From positions 1 to 48,134 of the forward strand of contig JAHBMJ010000405.1 in assembly GCA_018398765.1 (NCBI GenBank): a stretch of 48,134 nucleotides of DNA. The letters are read 5' to 3'. Under the pieces are notes generated by a model. It did no database searches. It was not told where the DNA came from and saw only the letters and a list, made by a program, of their open reading frames with translations. This document shows, piece by piece, positions 34,839-47,080 of the stretch; the stretch's first letter is position 1; every line of letters starts with the position of its first letter. This DNA is from Chromera velia. Lineage: Eukaryota. A program made the position numbers and the translations under genes.

Positions 34839-37800
34839 ATGACGACAACAGACCAGCACCAGTCAACAGAAATGCGTCAAGTCCCTCTTCCCGTCCCCTC
34901 TCTCCTGCCCCAAGAAGCCCAGACTACCAGCAGCAGCAGTAGCAGCACCCAGAGCCCAATCCCCGACTTCAACGCTCCCAAGATAATCTCCCTGCTGCAG
35001 ACCGGGTCTGTGGAGGATGTGAAGGCTCAGAGTGCTGAGGTCAATTTCCTCCTCCCAGATGCACAGCAGTACACGGCATTCTTCTGCGTCGTCGTCAGAC
35101 CCAAAAAAGACTTCGATGCCGCAGTGGCCATCTGCGAATGGTTGAAGGAAGGGGGTCTCGATCCTTCGTTTGTCGAACCTCACTTGAACCAGACTTGCCT
35201 CTTCTTTGCGGCCCGAGAGGGCAACCTCCCTTGTACAGAGTTTCTTCTCCGAAACGGTGTGAACCCCAACCACACCGACAAATTCAACCAGACCTGCCTC
35301 TTCTATGCCGCCCGAGAGGGGCACTCCTCTGTCTGTGACGCACTGATCTCTGGGGGCCTTAATGTGAATCACGGGGACTCGAACGGAGACACGGCGCTGA
35401 ACTTCGCAGCAAGAGAAGGGAGGACCTCCACGGTCGAATTGCTTCTCGAAAAGGTTATTCGCTAACTCTGTTCAGTGTGCATGTTTTTTTGGTTCCTTGC
35501 TCGATTCCGTTGCGGTATGGTGTGTTCACCATTTGGCCGTCTGGGCGCACTCTTAGGAGTGACTGAGGGCAGATTCATCTATGAATCACAGAGAAGGCGA
35601 TATTCACTAACAGAAAAGGCGAGAATAGAAGAGATGAAGGGGGAAGGAAGAGATCGATGCCCACTTATGCTTCCTTGTCACTGGTTGAGTTGGTCGTGCT
35701 TGTTCTCCTTCCTTCCTGTCGCTCAAGACATCTCTCTCGTTTTGTGCTCGCCTTTCTTGACGGAGTTGGACTGTTGGTGTTTTTTGAACCCCCTGTCTCT
35801 TTTTCTCACTGGTTGTCTCTTCAGGGAGCAGACCCCCAACTCAAGAATAAGCAGGGACAGAACTGCCTCGCGTTTGCAAGGAAGAACAAACGATCCGACG
35901 CATCCACAATCCTCGCCAGGGCCATTGCAGCGAGGGGGGGAAGCTCCGCGGCGGCAGCAGGTGCTGACTCAGCAAGTGCACCCGCGGGGGGGAAGGGGAA
36001 GGGATCGAAGGCCAAGGCAAAGACCAAGGCGGCAGGAGGTGGAGGAGCGCCGGCGGGGATCAAGCGAGGGCATTCAGGGGGGATCCAGGGTCAGTATTTC
36101 TCTCTCTTCTCTTTTCCCTGGAGTGTGAGCGTGTGTTCCTTCCTGCAACGTTGGTATTTGCTCTATAATGTTTCTCGCACATCTTCACTTCTTGATCAGG
36201 AGTGTCTTTCCCTCTTCCGCGCTGTGGCAAGTGCGAAATCGTGTGAACTCACCGTTCTACAATACCAAATTCGTTTTGACGGATGAATGTGTGCAAAAAC
36301 TTTTTTCGGCTCTGTCGCTGCAGAACGACGGCAGAAGTATCAGCTGCAGGTGCGGTCTGGTGACAATGGATGGACCCCGGCAGCAGATTCCAACGCGGAG
36401 TGCGAGGTGGGTGAGATCCATGCGTCTTTACACATATCTGTTTACACGTGTGTGCATGTGTCTGTGGAAGGTTGCTTTCCTTCCCGCGCCGCCCTTCTTT
36501 TTTTCACTCCGTTTTTTGTCATTTGTCATGGGAATTCTGACAGTCCGTGTTCAGTACCGGGTGAAGAATGGAGACATGCGAACGGAATCTGTTAGGAGGG
36601 ACGTCATCAACCAAGCCAAAAGGGCAGTGGAGGGGAGAATTTGGGAGTGACTTGACACACGTGCTACTTTGATGGTTCTCTTTAGCGCGCTGTCGCGGTG
36701 TCACACTTCTCCACTCTCTGCTTCGCTCTTTTTTCTGAACGTGCATCTGTGTATGCCTGTGTGGTTCGCTCACTCACAGGTGTGTATATGTTTGTGATCG
36801 GTTGCCTGCGTGCAGAGATTCGAAGCTGAGTTTCCCGAATTAGCCGTCTGGCCGCAATCTGCAGAGGACGCAGAAACAGCCAGACAGAGGGTCTTCGCCG
36901 ATGCTTGGTCAGTCAGTCAGTCGGTCGGTTGTTGGCAGGGCATGAAGCATAGGGGGGGGAAAGCAGCAAGAGCTGTTTTTCATGTAGAAGAAGAAATGAA
37001 CGAGGGAGATGAGCGTCATGGAGTTTGTATGGTGTTTTCTGCCTTCTGCATTTTTCTTTGCGGCGCACGGTTTTCTGTGCGGTCCCTTTTCGCTTCGTTT
37101 ATCTTTCTTTGCGTCGTTTCTGTTCTTCTGAGTGACTCGCGCTCTGCCGCCATGGACGTACCATCAGTTTTTCGTCTGTAGGGAGGACCATCGTTCATTC
37201 TTCTGAGCTCTCTATGCATGCGTGGTTCATTTGCGTTGCCACATACAGGTACCGTGAGGCAAGGAACGCTGTTCAAAAACTGTTTCACTACTCCTCTGCC
37301 GAACCCTTCAAGCGGCCTGTGAATCCGGTGAAGGATGGGTGCCTCGACTATCTCAGTGTGGTGAAGACGCCCATGGACCTCTCGACCATCAAACAGAAAG
37401 TCAACAACAGACAATACGCATCTCCTCAGGTAGGTGGATGCTTGAGTCCGTCAGGCAATGAGAGAGGGAGAATGACTGCATAAATGTTCGGCTGTCACAG
37501 GGAAACGAAACCCATCGAATACCCGAAAACATCTCCGTTCTTGTTCCTAGTGATAGTGTTGTCGGGAAGGACACTCGCTGTCTGGTGAGCTTTCCTCGTA
37601 GGTCCTCATGCGTTTGCGGCGCCGCTTGGCCTGCCGGCTCTCTGTACGGAGTCTCTCTCTGTGTACACCCGCGCATCTCACGCGCATCTCAGGCCGGGCA
37701 CTAATCGCTGCGTGAAAAGACGGCCCACAAGGGAAATGTATATGGGTACTGGTAGGCATCTTTAAAGCGTCTGTCTGTTCTGCGTGCCCTTCTTGTTGGT

Positions 37801-38607
37801 CGTCGTCTGCAGGAGTTTCTCTCTGACTGTAAGCTGGTCTTCAGCAACTGCCGTCTGTACAACAGTTCCCCCGAGTCTGTGTTCGTTCGGTCTGCCGACC
37901 ACACGGAGAGATACCTGGAACAATGTCTCAGGGATTGCTCCTTTACAGAGAGGTCAGGTGAATTAATACGTGTACAGACAGAATGCTGGGGGGCTGGTTG
38001 CTCTGTCTTGTTCGGCTGGCCTTGTGGTTCCTTTCCTAACAAGAGGGTTCTTTCTTTTGCCATCGTCGTGATGACTTTCCTGTTTTTCTCGGTGTACATG
38101 AGGAAGTTGATGTTTTGTGTCCGTATCTGACGCGTCTCTGTCAGTCCGCCAGCGACCTGATGCGTCTGTTTGTCTTTGTGTCGTGTGCCCTGTGATATGA
38201 ATGGATGGATGGATGGATGCAGGTTCGTTGACAGGAGCCTTCCCCTTGAGAGTCCAGCCGTACCAGCGGGCATTCCCCAGAGTTCCCCCTCGGGTTCTTG
38301 TGCGTCTCTGGGGGGGAGCGGTTACACCCAGACAGGGGGGCAGGGGGGAGGTCTTGGGGTGTCCGACAGTGGGGCAGACCCCGCGGGAGGGGTGGGGGGA
38401 GGGATAGGCTCAGGCTCGTCCGGCGGTACAGTGGGCAGAGTGGTGTCCCTGAAGCGTCCCCCTCCTCCTGTGGCAGAGGGGGGGGGAGGAGGAGAGGTGA
38501 AAAAGTTGAAAACAGAGGAGAAGGAGGAAGAGGAAGGGGGTTCCACGCAAATGGACAGAGACGGGGACACAAAAATGCATGTGCGGACAGAAGGAGGTGG
38601 AGAATGA
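34839..38607 (+). CDS. Ankyrin-repeat + bromodomain protein, apicomplexan BDP1-like; 7 exons
   Basis: Ankyrins with QTCLF(F/Y)AAREG; linker RQKYQLQ...W...FEAEFPELAVW; bromodomain PFKRPVNP...DYLSVVKTPMDLSTIKQK...Y...EFLSDCKLVFSNCRLYN with the conserved Asn; Gly-rich tail. Confidence 0.85.
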
Positions 38608-41559
38608 AGAGCAGAAAGGGAGAAGATGTTGGCCGGGGCTTCGGCTGAGGGAGGGAGACGGGATCCTTTAATGAGAGAGTTCGACAAGAACTGCTTTGAG
38701 TGCGTTCAACGCAGCGAGGCGAGGCAATGAATGGAAGGAAGGACGGGTTTTGTTTTATTTGAGAGAGATTCACAATTTCATCTGAAAATAAGAAATGAAT
38801 TGTTCTCCAAATGCTACAAAGCTTCTCTCTCCTGCTGGCTCTCCCTGCTCGTGTTTGATTTTGTTCTCTCAGGTCCCTGTGCATTCCTCTTTCTTTCTTT
38901 CTTTCTTTCTTTTCCCCTTTCCTTAATTCTCTGATGCGTCGATGCATGCTCCTCTGTACACATATATGTGTGTCATTCATGAAACGCCTCCAGGCGTCAT
39001 TGGATTCTTGTCTGGTTTCCTATCTTCGCCTCCCCTTCCCCCCCCGTAGATTTCCCGAAAGAAGAATTCTTTCTTTCGTCGTTTCTTTCTGAGAAATCAA
39101 TATAGATGGGTCAGGCGGGGGAAGTGAGGAAGCAGTAGCCATGCGGCCTCACGAGGGTGAGATGGGGAGAAAGGTACCACAAAAAAGGCGGAGGAATCAA
39201 TTCTTTTGTGTTTGTATCCTCTCGTCTTTTTTGTGTGTGTTCGGGCTGTGCAGGTGGTGGAAAGTCGAAAAAAGAACGCCTTCTTGCCTCTCCCTCACTT
39301 TCTGTGTCATGCGTATACAGAAGTAAAACTAGAATTAGACCCGCTCCTTTATATCGAAGCTTTGATGGTCTTCGATGCGCGTTCTCTTTTGCTCTTCCAT
39401 TTCTTCTCTTTCTCTTTCTACCTCTTTGACTTCTGTCTCGGTTCGCGTGAGAAACGCCGAGACTCTGTGGCCCATTCTCACAAACTGCGTGACCGGCTGC
39501 GGCTCGGCAAAACGTGACGGGAAACCTCTCCTCTCTCCCTGCGTGTCTGTCGGTTGCCTCGGTCTTTTCGTCGGCCACAGGATTCGGATCAGGGGGGATA
39601 GCTTATTCGGTTCCTTCCTTTATTCCTTCCGTCCGTCCGTCCGTCCATCCTCCGTCTTTTCTTTCCTTCTCTCTCTCTCTCTCTCTGTCTCTCTCTGTCT
39701 CTCTCTTTTATACATTCATTCATTCTTTCGTTTTGTGTCTCTATTTTTTGCCCGCGCGTGCGTGTCCTTTCAGACAGTTTGTTTCGAAGCGTACCGCAGC
39801 AAAGCTGGGTGGAGGGAGAAGATGGCATGGCCACCGAAGGCAGGCAGGAAGGAAGGAAAAAAATACTTAGTCGGAAGGGAAGGGAAAGGAACACGGGGTC
39901 TCCCTCTCTCTCTGTGTGTGTGTGTGTGTGCAGTGATGCATGAGATCTGAGCTGGGTCACTGTGAGGGCTCGAAGCACCCTCCGACGACTGACTGATGCT
40001 GCGAGAAAATTTCCGTTCCCTGACTTCGTTTCTTGGTGTTGTTTCAACCTCCTTGAGCTTTGCACGATAACATGTTTTTGTTTGTAAAGAAGGGGCTGTA
40101 CGAGGAAGAAAGAAAGCCCTCTATTCCCGGCGACTCAAAACGAGACGAACGGTTACTTACCCATGCAGACAAAATGAAACGAACGAGAAGGAAGGAAGAG
40201 GGGAGACTTTTCAAGGTTCTAGAAAGAGGCTGGTTGTGATGATGAACCCTTTCTCGGACATTCAGGTTGTTTTGGACTCCTTTTGCATGTGTTTGTGCGT
40301 TTGTTTCCGCAGTTTCCTTAGTTTCTTTCTTCCTCCTCCGTTTTTGTTTCTCTCTCTTCCGTGCTTTGGCCGTCCTTATATTGCATCATTTCTTTCTTCT
40401 TCCCTCTTGTTTGTCGCCGTGAAGGACTCCTTCTTTCCGGCCGATGATGAGATGCGAGAGAGAAGCTTCCGATTCAGCTTGTACTTCAAGTGGTCGGCTG
40501 TCCTAAGTCCCTTTCTTTTCGTCTTTTTCTTCCTGGACAACTTCCTTGCCTAGTTCCTTGCGCCCACAGCCGACCGGTAGACTTATGCAACGCTCCGTCG
40601 CTCCCAGTTGACTGGGTCAAAGTCAGAGCCTGATAAGAAACAAGCATCCGAACGTACTCAAGGCAGAACCTAGGGCAGAACACACCGAATTTTCAACACA
40701 CTAGTTGACATACTATATGCATATACACAAAAAACTGAATTAAAGAAAGGCGTGTGCCAACAGCCGGAATCTTGTTATAACTCAATATAACTAATTTTAA
40801 CAATCTGTGGAGTCCTACCCTGTGGCACCGCCCTCTGGACCCTCGCATGCGCTGTATCTGAATGAGCCCGCGTGCCGACATCATGCTCCGCCGCCGCGTG
40901 TATACGCAATCGACTTGCATGCATATACGTGTTGCGCGCGTCGATCAAAGTTGTCGAAGTCGAGTCTGCATGACCTTCGTATTGAAGCAACATATCACTT
41001 GAGCAACGGATAACATCGTCTGAGTCTGATGTCTGTTCATCATAGATCAAGAGAGCTCCTAAGAGTTTGAGAGAGAGGAATGAGTAGAAATTGTGTGATA
41101 ACAGAATGAACCCAGCTGATTGGAATCCCAGATCGCGCCAGAACTTAAACTGATATAGGGACGAACCTTCTATAAATTGTTAACGTTGCATGACTGAGTG
41201 TTGTAGATCTTCCCTAAGGTTCTTGTCCTCGCTTTACCTTCTGTCTGGACGCCATAAGGTGGCCGGACAGGGGGGACAAAGCATTATGGTGAACGCTCAA
41301 CTCGATGAGTGTCGACTTTCGTATACCTTCTGTGATAGAGATCAGATCTGTTTCTTTGTGCAACAGTTGGAAACCGATTGCAACGATACGGGCACGGTCA
41401 GGCAAAGACCGTGAGTAGGGGAATTCAGCGTCCCCTTGCATCCCAAGCTGCCCGGAGCCCTCTTTTCGAGATCATCGTGGTGGACTGGGAACTCGGGGTT
41501 ACCGTGGCGTTCCTGATTGGAGAAGTGGATCGGAGACCTCTGCATGGAACCGATCGTGG

Positions 41560-43848
41560 AGTTATGGCACTGCTAACGTACGGGGCTATAAGATCTGAGA
41601 GTCGGACATGCATTGTTCGTACTTCTCTTTAGTCTTACACACAGGTAAGACTGTACTTCTGAATTGACTTACGAACCAATTAATACAATGCATGCATGCA
41701 CATACATATACGCCATACGCTTGACATGCGCGCACTACGTGCAGCTCTGACAATGCCTACAACCTCACAATATAACGTGCCACCTCCTCCAGAGTGTCGT
41801 TCCGACACTTTCATATAGATATACTCAGCTGTTGAACTCAGACAGGGGTTACAAGGTTTATTTCACAAGACGAGAGCGATCAGGCTCAACGTGTATATCT
41901 CTACAGAGCATTATCAGAACCGGGTTCGGGACGTTTGATGATGTTTGAAGCTTTTGCCCGGCGATTTGGAACATTCTGTCTTCTCTTCTTCTTGTGTCTT
42001 TCAACTCCTCTCTCATATGCTCTCATCTCTCTTTTTCTTGTCCATCCTGCATTTCACTTCTGCTCAGGTGGAGGGGCAAAGATGCACTGCCTCTTTCCTA
42101 CCTACACACATGCCCCCTCTCCTCCAGGCCGTATCCGCACGGCCATGCAGATGAAGTCAAAGGCAGACGCAGCTGAAAAAAAATAATAAATGGGCTCCAT
42201 GCATGGAACAGATGATCGAACACGCAAATGGGACTGTTACAGTGAGGTGAATACCGTCTCCTCAATCTGATTTCAAGACTGTCGGCTGTACCCTTTCCAT
42301 TCGGTCACACCTGAACACTGTTGCCTCGTCATGTTCTGCCTTATTGTATTTAAGGCAGCAGTACGTTCTCGTTCTTGGCGTTCGAATACCAGTTGCACTC
42401 TTTCTCTTTCCGTCAGGCCTGATCGAATTCCAGTGCAGACAGGCCTAACTCGTCTCCCCACTTCTGATGTCTGTACACTGAATCCCTCTCTATACGGAAC
42501 TCCACCGGGAGGCATCCCATGATCTTGAGCGCGAGCTGAGCGGATCGTGTTCAGCAGCGTTGCATGTTTTTCCGTTTGTTTTGCCCCTCTCTTTACTCTC
42601 TGCTTCTCTCTCTTTCTCTCTGCCTTTCCTATGTTTCGGGTCAGTTCTATTCTCCCACTCCTCATGGGGGCAACTTCAGTTTCTCCGGTAATGAACGGCG
42701 CTGACTCTGGGAAAAGGGATGCTGCTTTCTGACTAATCTCCCACTGACTGTCTCCACTTCCCATGTTTGCATCCTCGTGTCCGAAAAGACCTACCGGCAA
42801 TACTGCTTCGAATTCAGATTCTCTTGCATTGCTGTACCCTTGAAAATCAAACGTCGTCCCTGCAGTTTGAACGAATAGGGTCTCTCCTCCTTGGTCACTT
42901 CCCTGGAAACCTGGTGTCGCTGTGAAGCTCTTTGCTGCTGTTTGGGGTTCACTCACCACAACATCACTCTGAGGGCGTTGGGGTCCCCAGTCGTCTGTGG
43001 GCGCATACGGAGTGTGTAAAGGTCTGTGCGCCTTAAACCCATCTGCTTCCTTCCGCTTCACTGGGGAGGCAGTCTGGTCGTCATCCAATTTCCTCCCATC
43101 TCTCTTGCTGTGTGTCTATCCGAGGGCCTTCTCATTCCATTGGGTCTTCGAAAAACGCAAACCATGACGCATCTTCTTCTTCTTTTCTGGCTCTTCGTCT
43201 CGACCCTCCTGAATGATGTCCTTCGATTGCTTACGACCCTTCCTCGCTTTGCATTTCTTCTTGCCCATAGACCCTGAGGGCAACCATCGCTGCATTTCTT
43301 CAGCGACTCCGGACAGAAGAAGACAAACAGACTTGTATCGGTCATCCAGGGTCGCAACGGAGACGTCCTTCAGTTCCTCTGCACTCTTCATGAGGAATGC
43401 ATTTGCACAGAAAATCGGGCCCACTTCTCTATGTGGCCTCAACGTCATCGCAACAACAAGAGAAAAACCTATAAAAACTCTGAAAAGCGAACAGACTCAA
43501 TGCACCCAGAGAAGATCGTCGTCTGGTGTGAAAGAATGCCTGCCGTCTGCCGTTCAACAATACAGAGATTCGTCTCTGATCATAAACAGAACAGATTGGT
43601 CCCTGACCGACCTACTCTGCTACCATGTAGAGTTATGGCGGTACCAACGTACGGGGCTATAAAATCTGAGAGTCGGACATGCATTGTTCGTACTTCTCTT
43701 TAGTCTTACACACAGGCAAGACTATACTTCTGAATTGACTTGCGAACCAATTAATACAATGCATGCATGCACATACATATACGTCATACGCTCGACATGC
43801 GCGCACTACGTGCAGCTCTGACAATGCCTACAACCTCACAATATAACG
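41560..43848 (-). mobile_element. Nested non-autonomous LTR retroelement (inner); 218-bp LTRs at 43631-43848 (5') and 41560-41777 (3')
   Basis: Direct repeats with 10 mismatches in 218 bp. TSD GTGG at 41556-41559 and 43849-43852. tRNA-iMet-type PBS TGGTAGCAGAG on the minus strand (43625-43615). Purine-rich GGAGGAGGTGG just before the 3' LTR. Confidence 0.88.
42273..43391 (-). pseudogene. ~370-codon orphan ORF inside the inner LTR element, interrupted by one in-frame TAG (43116-43118)
   Basis: Track ORFs 43116-43448 and 42273-43088 are in the same frame, separated by TAG plus 9 sense codons. Basic, low-complexity protein with no gag or pol motif recognised. Confidence 0.55.
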
Positions 43849-46423
43849 GTGGAGATGTTGCTTGGTCTTGTTTGGATTTTGGAGTGACTTCATCTCATGG
43901 AGATTGCCTTCTACGAGTGCATCGCAAATGAAACAGCCAGTAGATTGCTTCTTTTGCTTGCTGTTCTGTGAGTGTATGACTAGTTCTGTACCTGATCGAT
44001 CGGGACTGGCGTGTGCATATCTAGTGTTGACTCTGCTGTTTACTGTGTGCGTGTCTGCACATGAACAACTATCCGCATGTGGTCTGACTCTCTCAGGTGG
44101 TGCATACGCTTATTCATAGTGGTTGGCACTTTTGTGCGATAATCCTTTTGTGTTGAAATGATGTGAAAGGTATGGGCGCTTAATAGGAGGCTGAGTATGC
44201 AATGGCCCTACGATCACTCCATCCATTGTGTACACACGCACATGAAGTTGTCGGGACTTCCCTCCAAGAGAGTGAAGCTGAGAGAGTTCTAAGACTTTCT
44301 GCTGTATAATAAGAAGCTGTCTGAAGCTGAAGAGACTTATACTTTCGATCAGATTCTTGATGTTAAGCCAGGAGGCATCAGACGTATTTGATACTCCTGA
44401 GGGAACGGCAGGCCTGAAGTATGAAAAGTCAAGTGACACTGTGTGACTGCTGCCGCATGGCCAGGTTGCCCTGTGATGGGTCGATATGTCCCGGTTGCAC
44501 CGTTCCTCTCGACTGACAGTAAGAAGGTGGAAGGATTTGAAGCTGGTGATGGCTGCTCATAAAGCAAACGATCAAACAATCAGAGCAATGCACCTCAAGG
44601 AGTGAGGTCGTGATAGAAGGTTCTGGAGTCACTTGGTTTGACATGGTAGCTTAGTGAAAACGAGGATGGACGACATACAAACAAGCTTGTAAGAAACCGT
44701 GGGTAGAGCAGTGTGTAGCTGCACTTTTTTCTTTTCTCTCCATCCCTTTGCAGCTATTAACAATTCGTTGACGCCGAGTTGGACGCATACGTATGGGCAT
44801 CGTGCTCCAGGATCTAAACTGGTTGGTGCTGGAGACCCACAACTCCGATCGAGTCTTCTGACCAACGACGTACACAGATGCTGGACAGGTGCTTTTATTA
44901 GTGCCAGCAGTATCTGTATCGGGCGCCTATCTCTAGGTAATCTTGGACTTGCAAGCACGCCCCACACACTAGCCTACACATCATGGTGCTTTGAGATCGT
45001 TTTAATTTACGTGGCGCCTTAAATATTCTGACACGGATGCCATCGAGATGGAGTTCTCGGAGCTCTAACAATATCTACAGCGACTTGGATGAGATTCATT
45101 TTGGGCATTGAAGCCCATGCTCGGTCTTTTTATTTGTTGATCGTGAGGATGCGATTTTCCTGTCCCTGGCCGGGGAGGATCTGTGGAGTCCTACCCTGTG
45201 GCACCGCCCTCTGGACCCTCGCATGCATTGTATCTGAATGAGCCCACGTGCCGACGTCATGCTCCACCGCCGCGTGTATACGCAATCGACTTGCATGCAT
45301 ATACGTGTCGTGCGCATCGATCAAAGTTGTCGAAGTCGAGTCTGCATGACCTTCGTATTCAAGCAACATATTACTTGAGCAACAGATAACATCGTCTGGG
45401 TCTGATGTCTGTTCATCACAGATCAAGAGAGCTCTTAAGAGTCTGAGAGAGGGGAATGAGTAGAAATTGTGTGATGATAGAATGAACGGTTATCCAGCTG
45501 ATTAGAATTCCAGATCGCGCCAAAACTTAAACTGATATAGGGACGAACCTTCTGTAAAGTGTTAACGTTGCATGACTGAGTGTTGTAGATCTTCCCTAAG
45601 GTTTTTATCCTCGCTTTACCTTCTGTCTGGACGCCATAAGGTGGCCGGACAGGGAGGATAAAGCAAATAACCTTCTTTATCACACAAATTATGTGACGTA
45701 TCATCATTGATTCATCAATATATACAGGATTTACAGGATTACAAGATTATATTGTGTTCGGGGCCGGAGCCTTAGACCTGCATGCCAGTTATCTGACGTC
45801 CGCCTTGCACCATATATTCATGCACATTACTCCACACCATACACCGTATGACGCATACATGCAATGACACATCTCATCACAACACATAAATTTCTTGCCT
45901 TGCACTTCAAACTTTAAAACCATTGCTACTGCCGACAAGTATAGATACAGTTGAATTACGATCCCAGAATAATATTAAGTTATACTTGATTTTCTCTGAT
46001 GAAGTGCGAGTGAAAGACAGAGTGACAGAGGGCAGGGGTGGAGCGATAGCATATTTCTAAGTATCTATAGGATAGGCCTTGATCTAGGGAAATCGACTTA
46101 AATTATTACACCTAGGCTTCATAACATAATATATAGAGTACCATACCTTTATAAATCACCTATACATCTAAAAGCTAGTTTTTTAAAATTTTTAGCTTTA
46201 ATTACTTCCAACAAAGTCTACTTTATGTTGAGATGCTTCATATTACTAGCGCAAATGACCATCAAAGATCAGTTGCCTCATATCATTAGAAAACACCTCA
46301 TAATAATTGCATAATCCATAATAAATAACGTTTCTAGAGTAAACAGCCATAAACCCCGACCTTACCCTCCGCTACCCCCCTTGTATGCATTTTTAACAAA
46401 GAGCAGAATATTATAGATCAGTG

Positions 46424-47080
46424 TCATTCAGAGGTGAGCTCTTGAAAAGCGCTTTCCAGCTGTGTAAGCTCTCTTTCTTTCATAAACAGCTGCTTGCTAG
46501 CAAGCTTCCCCTCATAAATCCAGAAAAAGACAGCCACAAGAGGGGCGGTATCGAGCTGATTACAAGGAAGTGAGTTCACTGCTTCTACTGGCATAGAAGC
46601 TTCAGCAGAACTGCTGCTAGCCCCGTCTCTCCCCCGTCCTCTGCCCCCCCCTCTCTTTCCTCTTCCTCTCCCCCTTGAAGTTCCCCTTCCTCCTCCTCTT
46701 CCTCTCCCCCGACCCTTTTCGTTTGCATTGGCATTGAGAGGCTGCGGCGGAGATGAAATTATCAGCTTAAATTCTATTTTGTCACTCTTATTAAGTCCTT
46801 CATCTGAACGTTCGAATGACTGTACCAACACATGATATTTTTTGTTTCCCTCTATATGTGCAATGCTCAATAAACCAGTGCTCTCTGCAAAACCAGTGAT
46901 TATATTTTTTTTTTGAAGATCTACAATGTCGACCACTCGATAAATCGACCACTCTTTCTGCCCGCCATCTTCCTAATCCTACACAGCTGCCACCAAAGTC
47001 CCTACCCGTACTGTATATTCACTAGGTTATGCAAGTGCACGGCTATGAGATCTTTTGGTGTATCTTATTATTTTGTCTGC
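46424..47080 (-). pseudogene. Decayed ORF with an RGG/GRG-rich segment, possibly TE-derived
   Basis: 170-aa open part (46424-46936). The upstream in-frame sequence continues as plausible codons but carries TAA and two TAG stops. Sits in an AT-rich region. Confidence 0.35.

Larger units (their letters stand above)
40806..45665 (+). mobile_element. Non-autonomous LTR retroelement (outer); LTRs 40806-41283 and 45182-45665
   Basis: ~480-bp direct repeats with TG...CA ends, ~94% identical by hand count plus one 6-bp indel. PBS-like TGGTGAAC at 41287. PPT GGGGAGGA at 45172-45179. Flanks AATC/AATA (imperfect TSD). No recognisable gag/pol. Confidence 0.85.

Noticed and set aside
44110..44967. Antisense ORF fragments in the outer LTR interior as pol remnants
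   Set aside because: Short, in different frames, with no RT, RNase H or integrase motifs visible.
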